A stretch of 64,000 bases of DNA from Octopus sinensis (GCF_006345805.1 NC_043010.1:15004001-15068000); one strand, 5' to 3'. Counted from the stretch's first letter, positions 11,216 through 23,375 are shown. Notes: generated from the letters alone by a model not told the origin. Made by a program: numbers and translations.

Positions 11216-11761
11216 TGTGTTTGTGCGCGTGTTCTCTTTTTAAGTATTTGAAGTCTTCCGATAAGGAAGGATCCGACTTTTAACTAAGTTGCATTTTTGA
11301 AATGTAGATAACAAAAGCAATGTCACATTTTGAACATGAGAAAAGTCTTACACGCTTTAACTTTTCCGCTTATATGGATTTTATTTGTAATGTACGTGTC
11401 AGCTGGCTGATATCTTTTCCTTAAAAAAAATCCAATATTTCCAGATTGCAATTTGATATTTACTGAGAGACTATGAGCACCACTTATTATTGGTATACAT
11501 ATGAATTTGTAATCTGAGTACGCAAGGGTCTCGACGAAGCTGTCAGTATTTATCCTCTTTTAATCTGATTTTCGATAAAGTTACATACCTTGTGTAAGCA
11601 TGTATGCATGGAAGATTGTATGTAATTATGTATGTAGGTAGTTATATATGTATGTATATAAGTATGTATGTATGTATGTATGTATGTATGTATGTATGTA
11701 TGTATGTATGTATGTATGTATGTATGTATGTGCAAATATATATATATATATATATATATTA

Positions 11762-11916
11762 TAGTTGAAATTTAAAGAAAAACAAAAGACGAAGACAGGT
11801 GTATGAACAACAAACTGGCGCATTAGTTTGACGCTCGGCAAGTGAGAAAGTTTTTTTACGTTTCGAGCCTACGCTCTTCAACGGAAAAGAATAAAACAAA
11901 ATAAAAAGAGAGAGAA

Positions 11917-11918
<2 letters not shown>
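11762..11918 (-). mobile_element. Short PLE-terminal-repeat-like element (family P1) between (TA)n tracts
   Basis: Minus strand CCGTTGA-A-GAGC-GTAG-GCTC-GAAA-CGT (11858-11884); homologous to 29655, 36695 and 37310. Confidence 0.65.
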
Positions 11919-11963
<45 letters not shown>

Positions 11964-12001
11964 TATATATTACGTGCGTGAGTCGTCGAAGAGTCCGTAT
12001 A

Positions 12002-12092
12002 GGCTACCTCTGATGAGTGTAAAGTTATATAATCGTTTGTTACGTAACACTCCATTGTATTCTTTACGCGAAACCGATTGGTAAGACCAGCC
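12002..12092 (+). ncRNA. Canonical type I hammerhead ribozyme
   Basis: CTGATGA 12010-12016; stem II GTGTAAAG/CTTTACGC (8 bp incl. one G:U); GAAA 12070-12073; stem III ACC-GATT-GGT; GUA triplet ending at 12083; stem I CT/AG plus GGCT/AGCC with an internal loop. Confidence 0.8.
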
Positions 12093-12145
12093 CTGATGGA
12101 TACTTAATACATTACATTTCGGATAATATATATATATATATCTGT

Positions 12146-12187
<42 letters not shown>

Positions 12188-12341
12188 ACGCGCGCGTATG
12201 TGTATAGCGACTGAGGGTGCATGGAAGCGCCTACTTTGCTACAAAATGTCAAAGACGCTTATAGTCATAAACAGAGCACAAGTCTATGTTTGTGACTTTG
12301 AATTTTCTAGCGAAATAGGTGCTCCCATGCACTCTCAGTCG

Positions 12342-12387
<46 letters not shown>

Positions 12388-12553
12388 ACACACACACACA
12401 CACTCACACACACAGACGCACACACATACGCACAAACACAAACACACAAGCACAAATACAAGAATCATGAATGAACGACAGACGTTTGAATTATGAATGT
12501 TGCCACTACGCATTCTACAGAGAATTTCGTCCGACATGACTTTTTACGTCTTC

Positions 12554-13196
12554 GGGCTGTGTGGTAAGTAGCTTGTTTACCAACCACATGGTTCCAGGTT
12601 CAGTCCCACTGCGTGGCACCTTGGGCAAGTGTCTTCTACTATAGCCTTGGGCCGACCAAAGCCTTGTGAGTGGATTTGGTACACGGAAACTGAAAGAAGC
12701 CTGTCATATATATGTATACATACATACATACATATATATACATATATATATATATGTATGTGTGTGTGTATGTTTGTGTGTCTGTGTTTGTCTCCCCAAC
12801 ATCGCTTGAGAACCGATGTTGGTGTGTTTACGTCCCCATTACGTCCCCATAAATCCCGAGCAACGCCGGATATGTCTGCTAGTGAATAATAAATTAAACT
12901 GCACAAGATCAATACCTAGCTACAAGTTAAAAGTAAATGAATAGATTAAAGAAACAAGAGAATGACATCGACTTCAGGCTATGAAATCAGCACAGAAGAA
13001 AGAATTAATTATATCTCTTCAGAGTCCACAATTGTTGTGAAGACGGATTGTACCATTCATTAGCGGTTCGGCAAAAGAGACCGATAGACTAAGTACTAGG
13101 TTTACAAAGAATAAGTCCTCTGGTCGATTTACTCGACTAAAGGGGGTGCTCCTGCATGGCCACTGTCAAATGACTGAAACAAGTAAAAAAGTAAAG
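12554..13196 (+). mobile_element. SINE-A interrupted by a 211-bp local duplication (12850-13060)
   Basis: SINE-A sequence resumes at 13060 (TTAGCGGTTCGGC). Confidence 0.85.
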
Positions 13197-14039
13197 AGAT
13201 AGTTTAACCAAGTCATAAGTCTGACATTTTGGCAGACGACAGTTTAAGAATTTTACTTTGCTATATCGTCTGGTCGAACCTACTTAATTGAAAAGAAGAC
13301 TAAAGTCCGAAGCTAGCTATAAAGCGTAATAAATTCAATTGAACTATGAGTATAACGTGTTTTGTATTAAAATATATTAGTTTTGTAGATGAATAATGTA
13401 TTTCATTTATCAAAAGTGAACACAAATGAATTCCGTGTACATAACTTGCTCATTTATTTGAGATCTACAGGCAGATGAAGTATGGCTGACATTAAAAAAA
13501 AAGGGTGGGAGAAAGGAATTGAGGCAAGTAGGAGAAAAATGGCCGTAATGCAATCAATTGTTTATTCAAAATTCGCACAGTAAGGTTTTCTTATCAATAT
13601 TAATTTATCTTAATAGATGACAAGTTGCCGTTAACTGATTTTACACCATTCATACACAAATACACAATCATACATACATATATACATGCACACACACACA
13701 CACACACACTGTCCAGTTTCAATAAAATATTTTATGTACATGTGTGTATATATATATATATAGATATGTGTGTATATATATATACATATACATATATACG
13801 CACACTCATATATATATATATAGATACATACATACAATACACACATATGTGTGTGTGTGTGTGTGTGTATGAATATATAAGTAATTATAAACATATATAT
13901 ATACATACATATATATAAATATATATATACATATATACGTGCACATATATATATATAAATATATATGTGTGTTTTTCTAAACACACACACACACATACCC
14001 CCCCCACACACACGTGTGTATGTGTGCGTGTGTGTGTGA

Positions 14040-14260
14040 CGGCGAGTTGCCAAATAGTTAGGGAGCTGCATTAACGGTCATCAGACAGGATTCCGATTTG
14101 CAGACGCTTGGTAAGTCGGGTTTATGGGCAAAACACTTCATTTGATGTTGCACCAGTCCACTTAACTGTAAATGGGTAACCCTGTCACGGACTGGCTTCC
14201 GTTTAGCGGGTAAATTGGCTTGCTCACCTAGGCACCGGCGTAGCATTATTCGAAAGCTCT
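14040..14260 (+). mobile_element. Old tRNA-derived SINE related to the 54807 element
   Basis: GGGCAAAACACTTCATTTGATGTTGCACCAGTCCACTTAACTGTAAATGGGT resembles 54897-54947. Confidence 0.5.
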
Positions 14261-14667
14261 AACAATTTCAGGCCTTGTGCATATAGGAGAAAGGATCATT
14301 AATACTATATATATATATTTGTGTATGTGTGTGTGTGGTGTGTGTGTGTGGTGTGTGGTGTGTGTGTTATATGTTCGGTATAGTGGAGAAGGAAAGAATT
14401 TGATACAAAATAACTGGAAGTCTTTGTAGTTGACTTTCAGGCGAGAAGAGCAGAATGTACGCTTATATGCGCAGATAACAATGCTGAAAATAAAGTTTAT
14501 GTAGATAAGCTATTCTCTACAACAAAGAGGAGAAATGTAGTTGAGCGTCGGTAGTTTTACATTTCAAGGGTAGCAAAATGTATGGATTGAAATTTAGTAG
14601 ATGATGAATGTGGAGAATGATCCCCGATGACCCCCGATCTACTTCCTCTTCTTTATCCTTTATCTTT

Positions 14668-15118
14668 TAGACCGATAGACTAAGTACTAAGCTTATAAAG
14701 AATAAGTCCTGGGTCGACTTACTCGACTAAAGGTGGTGCTCCAGCATGGCCACAGTGAAATGACTGAAACAAGTAAAAGAGTAAAAAGAGAGTATAACCA
14801 AGTGATAAGCTGGGGGACTATCGTGAAGAATTTTAGTCCAACGAGTCGACTCCAGTACATATTCTTTTTTAAGCCCGGTACTTACAGAACGTAAACAAAG
14901 CAACGCCGGTTGTTTAATACGCACGCACTCACATACATACACATACACACATAAAAGGCAGTGTTCTTTCCGTTTCCTTCTTTCAAATCCGCTCACAAGG
15001 CTTTGGTCGGCCTGAGTCCATCGTAGGCGGCACTTGCTCTTGGTGCCACGCAATGGATCTGAATCAGAAACTTTATGGTTGCGAAGCAAACTGATTACCA
15101 CAAAGCCACGCCTGCGCC
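14668..15118. mobile_element. SINE-A 3' piece (+, 14668-14790) followed by a diverged SINE-A (-, ~14840-15118)
   Basis: Homology to 5147-5540 in both orientations. Confidence 0.75.
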
Positions 15119-15289
15119 TAATTTTAAAACATGAAAGAAAGTAAAATAATTTGACGGGTTAACTAATTCCAACAGACTTAAAGATTATACTTTCGTTGAG
15201 TCATTTTGGGTCTTGGTCTGGCGCGTTTGGTCGTGAAAGGATAAAAATATACAAAAGTTTTAGATCTAATCTGCATAAAGATAAAAAAT

Positions 15290-15437
15290 ACAGTATGGTT
15301 AAGGAGCTTTATTTGGGACCCAGTTGTTTGAGGTTCAGTCCTGGTGTGCGGTGCCTTGTGCAAATATTTTCCACTATACTCCTGGACCAACCAACGCATT
15401 GTGAGTGAATTTGATGGACGGAAACTGTGTAGAAGCC

Positions 15438-15445
<8 letters not shown>
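15290..15445 (+). mobile_element. Diverged SINE-A-like 5' half
   Basis: GGTTCAGTCCTGGTGTGCGGTGCCTTGTGCAAATATTTTCCACTATA...GGAAACTG. Confidence 0.6.
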
Positions 15446-15485
<40 letters not shown>

Positions 15486-15489
<4 letters not shown>

Positions 15490-15670
15490 GAAATTTAAAG
15501 ACAAAGGACGAAGACAGGTGTATGAACGGCAAGTAAGTGTATTAATATGACGCTCGGGAAGGAGGAAAAGTCTTTTACGTTTCGAGCCGACGCTAATTAA
15601 CAGAAACGATTAAAAGAAAATAAACAGAAAAAAAACAAGAAAACTTGTGAATGTAGCAGTCAAGCATGGC
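15486..15670 (-). mobile_element. Family P1 element, degenerate copy
   Basis: GACGAAGACAGGTGTATGAAC...TTTTACGTTTCGAGCCGACGCT; flanked by (TA)n. Confidence 0.6.
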
Positions 15671-15699
15671 GACAATATATATATATATATATCGTTACT

Positions 15700-16040
15700 T
15701 TTGGTATATCGTTGAGAGAGAACATAAGTAGCGAGATCATCAGAGAGAAGTCCGGCGTGAGAGATGTCATCGCAGAGTATACATGCAGCAAGTTTAGATG
15801 GGCTGGACACGTTGCCCGGCTCACCGATACTCGGTGAACACACGCAGTTGTCGAGTGGTACCCGCGCGAGCGGAAAAGACCACCCGGAAGATCTCCACGA
15901 CGGTGGAGTTACGATTTCAGGAGGACGATTGGGATCACGTGGATGAGAAAGGCGCGATCCAGAGAGGAGTGGACAGCGTGCTGTGACCAGCGGTGCCAAA
16001 TGGACGCCTGACGGACTGGTCGGTCAAAGTGATCAAGGTG
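15700..16040 (+). mobile_element. 5'-truncated RTE-clade LINE (ORF2 C-terminus), 13-bp TSD ATATATCGTTACT
   Basis: Reads GISLRENISSEIIREKSGVRDVI...KFRWAGHVARLTDTR*THAVVEWYPRERKRPPGRSPRRW (RTE WAGHVAR/RPxGRPxxRW motifs); TSD 15687-15699 and 16041-16053. Confidence 0.9.
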
Positions 16041-16409
16041 ATATATCGTTACTATTATGCAAAAAAGTCCAAAACGTTGCGTTTTCAGAAAACAAAAAAT
16101 AGTTTGGCTATTTCAAAGCAAAACCATTGTAATACACTTTCAGTTTTTGATATCTTGGCATCTGAAGCCGATAACTACAAAGCGAGTATATACACACAGC
16201 GCTTTTTGTTGCGTTCAAAAATCACATGTCTACTATCCACTTTTCCACGACAATGTTAGGGCCTGGAATCTTCCAAACTTATACGCGACATGCTACTTAG
16301 TCGAATTAGCCCTTCATTACTCCACAGATGTTTTGTCCTCAATGCTGCCCTTCCCCATTTCACATATTTCAACTTAACCGCATCATATATACAAACTATG
16401 CCGTTTAAA

Positions 16410-16438
16410 TCCCGGGCAACGCCGGATATGTCTGCTAG
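16410..16438 (+). mobile_element. Helitron-like 3' terminus (hairpin plus CTAG|T)
   Basis: CCCGGGCAACGCCGGA...CTGCTAGT, same motif as 37949-37977; 5' end not located. Confidence 0.6.
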
Positions 16439-16695
16439 TGAATGATAAATTAAACTGCACAAGATCAATATCTAGCTACAAGTTAAAAGTAAATGAATAG
16501 ATTAAAGAAACAAGAGAATGACATCGACTTCAGGCTATGAAATCAGCACAGAAGAAAGAATTAATTATATCTCTTCAGAGTCCACAATTGTTGTGAAGAC
16601 GGATTGTACCATTCATAGACAGGACTGGATTGGCAGTTGTGTTCATTGGGTTAATATGCCGACACTTTGATTATAGAAAAATGGGAATAAATGGT

Positions 16696-17080
16696 GGGAA
16701 GCACTCCGTCGGTTACGACGACGAGGGTTCCGGTTGATCCGAATCAACGGAACAGCCTGCTCGTGAAATTAACGTGTAAGTGGCTGAGCACTCCACAGAC
16801 ACTGTACCCTTAACGTAGTTCTCGGGATATCAGCGTGACACAGAGAGTGACAAGGCCGGCCCTTTGAAATACAGGTACAACAGAAACAGGAAGTAAGAGT
16901 GAGAGAAAGTTGTGGTGAAAGAGTACAGCAGGGATCACCACCATCCCTGCCGGAGCCGCGTGGAGCTTTAGGTGTTTTCGCTCAATAAACACTCACAAAC
17001 GCCCGGTCTGGGAATCGAAACCGCGATTCCTATGACCGCGAGTCCGCTGCCCTAACCACTGGGCCATAGCGCCTCCACGT
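16696..17080 (-). mobile_element. SINE-B, full length, TSD ATAAATGGT
   Basis: Reverse complement of 8784-9173; direct repeats 16687-16695 and 17081-17089. Confidence 0.9.
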
Positions 17081-17306
17081 ATAAATGGTACATGCATGCA
17101 CAAGAACTGTCGAAGATAAAGCATACGCCCGTCCAGATTCATATGAAGATCAAAACATCACTGAGATATAATGATGAAAGGAACGAAAGTCTAAGTATCT
17201 TGATTGATATTCTGATAAAATAAAATATCGTTCGGAATGAAGTAAAAGAAGAAAAAAAAAACAAGAGACACATGAATAATGTTAATATCAATATTAATTG
17301 GAATAT

Positions 17307-17765
17307 TAAGGCAGGAGCGGGCAGAATCGTTAGCACGCCGGGTAAGCTGCTTAGCATTTCTATTTCTTTACTTCCCACAAGGGGCTAAGCACAGAGAGGA
17401 CAAACAAGGACAGACAAACGGATTAAGTCGATTATATCGACTCCAGTGCGTAACTGGTACTTATTTAATCGACTCCAAAAGGATGAAAGGCAAAGTCGAC
17501 CTCGGCGGAATTTGAATTCAGAACGTAGCGGCAGACGAAATACGGCTACACATTTCGCCCGGCGTGCTAACGTTTCTGCCAGCTTCCGCCCTAATTAGCA
17601 TTTCATCTGCCCTTACGTTCTGAGATAAAATTCCTCGGAGGTCGACTTTGCCTTTCATCCTTTCGCGGTCGATAAAATAAGTAGCCGTTGGGTACTGGGG
17701 GGTTGATGTAATCAATTTACCCACCTCCACAAAAATGCTGGCCTTGTGCTAAAATATGAAACCAA
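17307..17765. mobile_element. SINE-C (+) with a second SINE-C (-, 17361-17594) nested inside it
   Basis: TSD TTAGCATTTC at 17351-17360 and 17595-17604. Confidence 0.85.
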
Positions 17766-17782
17766 TATTAATCGGTACACTA

Positions 17783-18000
17783 AGGCGGTGAGCTGGCAGA
17801 ATCGTTAGCACGCCGGACAAAAAGCTTAGCAGCATTTCGTCTGTCTTTATGTTCTGAGTTCAAATTCTATCGAGGTTGACTTTACCTTCCATCCTTTCGG
17901 GCTAGATAACATAAGATCTAGTTGAGTAGTACTGGATCGATGCAATTGACTAAACCCCTTCCCCGAATTTGCTGGCCTTGTGCCAAAATTTGAAACCAGT
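17783..18000 (+). mobile_element. SINE-C monomer (older tail variant)
   Basis: AGGCGGTGAGCTGGCAGAATCGTTAGCACGCCGG...GGCCTTGTGCCAAAATTTGAAACC. Confidence 0.85.
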
Positions 18001-18108
18001 ATTAATCCAATACACTGAATAATGTAAATAACGTAAACTGATCTATGCTGGTTTCAGTGATGACTATTTAATCGCTCGGTTAACAGCTCCCTACTCGTTG
18101 ATTTAAGT

Positions 18109-18419
18109 GGAGGCATATGGCTTAGTGGTTAGAGCAGCGGACTTGCGGTCGAGGGATCGCGGGTTCGAATCTCAGACCGGGCGATGTGTGTGTTTATGAG
18201 CGAAACACCTAAGCTCCACGCGGCTCCGGCAGAAGGTAGTGGCGAACTTCTGTTGACTCTTTCACCACATCTTTCTCTCACTCTTTCCTCCTGCATCTTG
18301 CAGCTTACCTGCGATGGACCGGCGTCCCATCCAGGTGGGGAACCTATACGCCAAGAAAACCGGGTACCGGCCCTTATGAGCCAGGCATGGCTCGAGAAGG
18401 AACAAACAACAACAACAAC
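18109..18419 (+). mobile_element. SINE-B2 (SINE-B-type head, different 3' half, (AAC)n tail)
   Basis: GGAGGCATATGGCTTAGTGGTTAGAGC...GGTTCGAATCTC; second copy at 26566. Confidence 0.85.
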
Positions 18420-18524
18420 TTGTTGAATTAACATATATGTAGTTGAATGTTTCATAGGTAGAAACGTCGAACATTAGCGTAATACTCAAATACCGTCAAA
18501 GTATTAAAGGCAAAATCCAGCTGC

Positions 18525-18579
18525 TGACAATTTCATATGACACTGCTAGAAAAAAATGTCGTTCAAACGGAAAAGTTCC
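18525..18579 (+). mobile_element. Terminal fragment of the GG...CC MITE family
   Basis: Matches 25620-25674. Confidence 0.7.
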
Positions 18580-19009
18580 ACTCACTTTTATATAGAAAGG
18601 TAGTTTATCACCACCAATATTCGAGGTCCGATCTGGTATCTATTCTTAATGAATGATAGGTGTTTGATACTATCTAGAACGAAGTATTGGAAAATTAAGA
18701 TCAAGTGAGATTATTCAAGCAATTAAGCAGTGCATATGTGTGTGAATGCATTTGTGATTGTCTATGTGTGGGTGTATACATATATGCCTACATATAAATA
18801 TGTTTGCGTACACACATACATATACATGCATAAATACACTAACAAAAATTCTTGCAAGTAACTTTTCATATTCACTAATTAGATAAAGTACGTATTTATC
18901 TATGTATGTGTATATGTTTATGTAAATACGGGTGTTAAAATGAATGTATGTACGCATGTATATATACACATATACTCACATATATAATACTTATGTATTC
19001 AAACACGTT

Positions 19010-19021
19010 TCCATATATATA

Positions 19022-19056
<35 letters not shown>

Positions 19057-19377
19057 ATATATATATATATATATATACATACATACATACATTATATATA
19101 TATAATATATATATATATATATAATTATATATACATATATAGCTACATACATATATAATATATATATTATATATATATTATTATATTATTATACATATAT
19201 AGCTACATACATATAATACATATAAATATATATATCTACATATCATATATATATATATAACAATATATACATACACATATATCTATATACATATATATAA
19301 ATATATATATATATACATATAAATATATATATAGTTGATAAAGGAATGAATCTTATGATTCAATCCAGATATATATG

Positions 19378-19425
<48 letters not shown>

Positions 19426-19440
19426 TTATTATATATATAC
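19010..19440. repeat. Degenerate (TA)n/(TACA)n tract
   Basis: Visible. Confidence 0.9.
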
Positions 19441-20527
19441 ATTTGTATATGAACATATGTTATATACATTGATATACATACTATTAGATCAATAGTGTAG
19501 ATAAAACAAAAAATCTGGTCTTTTGTCCGCCGATATATTACCATAAACGTCTTAACTGTAGTTACGCGATACTTTATAAATACATTTTAATTAAATTTAA
19601 TGCTAAATAAAAATAGCATAAGTTGAGAAGCTCAGATTTAGAATGCTCATGTATACACAAGCATTCATTACTTCCAAAATCGAAAGATGATTGATCCTTC
19701 GTCTGTCTCGACGATGAATATTTAGTTTTTTTTTAATTTTTAATTAGTTTTATTTTAGTTTATTGAATTTCTAATCGTAAAACCAATGTCTCTGTGGCTT
19801 ACTACTCGAAAGATAGGTGTACTTTTAGCGCTGAAGTCAAGTCGAATCACTGCCGCACTCTGGCAAGGCTGCGCCGTTTATCGTTGAAGAACAAGTGCAA
19901 TTCGTATAGATGGGTAGATGGAGAAAGATAAAAAGAGAGAGGGGGAGTGAGTAAGTTCTGTCCGAATTTTGAATAAAGAAAACAAGTGATCAAATGTTAT
20001 ATTTAATTGAAATTTAATCATCAATGTACTTTCCCTGATTTTCTATGACTTCCTTCCATCTATTTTCAAACTTTTTAATCCTATCAATGTAAAACACTTT
20101 TGATTTCAAAATCAATAAATACTATAAATAGTAAAAAATAATAAAAATGTAATCGAATTGATTTTATTATCTATTTGAAAATATAGCCATAAAACGCGCG
20201 TAGTCTATTTACTACTATTTACTATTTATTGTACTTTATTGATTTTTAGAATAAGGTTTTTATAGTAAATATTTTCTATATGATGTGAATAACATCTTTC
20301 ATTACTGAATTGTTTAATAGAGGTTCTCCTCTTTAAATTATATACATATATTATATATTGTGAAATTTGATTTAAAATTGTTAAATTGAATTTTTCCCTG
20401 TAAGTTTTGTAATTATATTCCCTACTATTATATATATATATATACATATTACAGAGATGTACTTGCATAGCAAGTGACCTGATCTGAGATCGTGTGCTGG
20501 AACGAAAACAATTGTAACGTGACGCAT

Positions 20528-20740
20528 TGGGCAAGTGTCTTCTACTATAGCCTCGGGCCGACCAAAGCCTTGTGAGTGGATTTGGTAGACGGAAACTGAA
20601 AGAAGCCCGTCGTATATATGTATATATGCTTGTGTGTGTTTGTGTGTCTGTGTTTGTCCCCCTAGCATTGCTTGACAACCGATGCTGGTGTGTTTATGTC
20701 CCCGTTACTTTGCGGTTCGGCAAAAGAGACCGATAGAATA
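20528..20740 (+). mobile_element. SINE-A internal fragment
   Basis: TTGGGCAAGTGTCTTCTACTATAGCCTCGGGCCGACC... Confidence 0.85.
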
Positions 20741-21074
20741 CGCATTTTAAGAAGCACACAAATATGAGGGGTTTCCGACAATGATGATTAAAACCATTAG
20801 GTACACTACGTAATTTCGTCATCCGTTAGATTCCAAGTTCACAGCTGAGGCTAGAACTAGGGATTCGTAGTAGGCTTCCGAGTCAGCAGGTATATATTAA
20901 AGGAAAAGGAAAGCAAAAACCGATGTTTTATTTTAATTTTTAACTTTTAATTCTAAATATATTCCCTCTCCGTGTGTTAGGCATCATTTTCTAACATTTC
21001 AGATCCCTTTACCGACCGTTGAACTGAAGTTAAAAACATCCTTTCGACCACGCCGAACCTAGAATTCATCTATC

Positions 21075-21289
21075 TCTCTTTTACTCTTTTGCTTGTTTCA
21101 GTCATTTGACTGCGGCCATGCTGGAGCACCGCCTTTAGTCGAGCAAATCGACCCCGGGACTTTTTCTTTGTAAGCCCAGTACTTATTCTATCGGTCTTTT
21201 TTGCCGAACCGCTAAGTGACGCGGACGTAAGCACACCAGCATCGGTTGTCAAGCAATGCTAGTCGGACAAATACAGACACACAAACACG

Positions 21290-21323
<34 letters not shown>

Positions 21324-21495
21324 CATATATACGACAGGCTTCTTTCAGTTTCCGTCTACCAAATCCACTCACAAGGCATTGGTCGGTCCGGGGCTATAGC
21401 AGAAGACACTTGCCCAAGGTGCCACGCAGTGGGACTGAACCCGGAACCATGTGGCTTGTTTGCAAGCTACTTACCACAAAGCCACTCCTGCTCCT
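21075..21495 (-). mobile_element. SINE-A, full length
   Basis: Reverse complement of 5147-5540. Confidence 0.9.
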
Positions 21496-21685
21496 ATCTA
21501 TTTAATTATCCTTTAATAAATGCCTTCCTCCTCCACTTTACCAAAACCTTAACCCCTGACCTGTCACCTCGAACCTACCCCGACGAAGAATAATGCCAGC
21601 CTTTTACCTTTTAACTTTATTATTATTTTTATTTTCCTTTGGCACTCCTTTTTATTTCCATTACCTGTCCTATTTACTCTCTTTA

Positions 21686-21850
21686 CCCGAGTTCAAATTC
21701 CGCCGAGGTGGACTTTGCCTTTCATTCTTTCAGGGTCGATAAATTAAGTACCAGTTACGTACTGGTGTCGATGTAATCGACTTAATCCCTTTGTCTGTCC
21801 TTGTTTGTCCCCTCTGTGTTTAGCCCCTTGTGGGTAGTAAAAAAATATAT
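21686..21850 (+). mobile_element. SINE-C body
   Basis: GAGTTCAAATTCCGCCGAGGTGGACTTTGCC... Confidence 0.85.
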
Positions 21851-21997
21851 TTACTCTCTTTACCTTTTCATCTTTATCTTCATTTCCACTCTTCTCTCCT
21901 TCTTTTCTCTCTTCTTCTCACTCACTTTCCACCACTTCTTCCTTTCTCTCTGATCTATCTGTCAAACCATGATGTCTACCTCTCTCACATTATATAT

Positions 21998-22465
21998 ATT
22001 TCTTTATTGCCCACAAGGGGGCTAAACATAGAGGGGACAGACAAAGGGACTAAGTCGATTACATCAACCCCAGTGCGTAACTAGTACTTATTCAATCGAC
22101 CCCGAAAGGATGAAAGGCAAAGTCGACCTCGGCGGAATTTGAACTCAGAACATAGCGGCTGACGAAATACCGCTGAGCATTTCGCCCGGCGTGCTAACGT
22201 TTCTGCCAGCTCGCTCTCTCACATTATATACCTATTTCTTTATTACCCACAAGGGGCTAAACACAGAGGGGACAAACAAGGACAGACATAGGTATTAAGT
22301 CGATTACATCGACTCCAGTGCGTAACTGGTACTTAATTTATCGACCCCCGAAAGGATGAAAGGCAAAGTCGACCTCGGCGGAATTTGAACTCACAACGTA
22401 ACGCAGACGAAATACCGCTAAGCATTTCGCCCGGCGTGCTAACGTTTCTGCCAGCTCGCCGCCTT
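21998..22465 (-). mobile_element. Two adjacent SINE-C monomers; the first is flanked by a 17-bp direct repeat CTCTCTCACATTATATA
   Basis: Direct repeats near 21980 and 22214. Confidence 0.85.
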
Positions 22466-22984
22466 TATATACCAACGCAGAACATTATATACCAACGCAG
22501 AACATCTTTCTTACACGCTAACTGCTTGATCTATTCCTTCAGTCTGAATGCAACTTTCAAAATACTTCCTGGAATTGCCTGGGATTATATTTAAGGGGAT
22601 ACAACTTCATGGAAGAACGGACCAACCTCCATACCCTCTGGAACAAATTGAACTTTATTCTCCTGTCTTTATTCTTCTATCTACTATTTCATTGTTATAC
22701 AGACTGTGAATTCTCTGTCTGGAACTTTCCTGCATACACAATGTATGGGGATGTTGACCCATCACCTTGGATATCCCAGAAACAGCTGTAAGACATTACT
22801 TCTACTTCTCTATCTTTTATGCTCCTTACTCTAATAAAATATTCTAAATGATCTGAGATAGTCGTCCTGCCTTGGTTTTGTTTTCCTTTAACACATACAT
22901 ACACACAAACACACACACACACTCACATACACACACACTCACACACACACACACTCACACACACACACATACATATTCTCTCTT

Positions 22985-23375
22985 TTTACTCTTATACTTG
23001 TTTCACTCATTTGACTGGGGCTATGCTGGAGCACCGCCTTTAATCGAGCAACTCGACCCCGGGACTTATTCTTTTGTAAGCCCAGTACTTATTCTATCGG
23101 TCTCTTTTGCCGAACCGCTAGGTAACGGGGACATAAACACACCAGCATCGGTTGTCAAGCAATGCTAGGGGGACAAACACAGACACACAAACACACACAC
23201 GCATATATATATATATCTACGACGGGCTTCTTTCAGTTTCCACCTACCAAATCCACTCACAAGGCTTTGGTCGGCCCGAGGCTATAGTAGAAGACACTTG
23301 CCCAATGCGCCACGCAGTGGGACTGAACCCGGAACCATGTGGTTGGTAAACAAGCTACTTACCACTCCTGCGCCT
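22985..23375 (-). mobile_element. SINE-A, full length
   Basis: Reverse complement of 5147-5540. Confidence 0.9.

Noticed and set aside
14380-14650. Possible very old mariner transposase remnant (E*SPMTPDLLPL)
   Set aside because: Only one degenerate motif; too weak to annotate.
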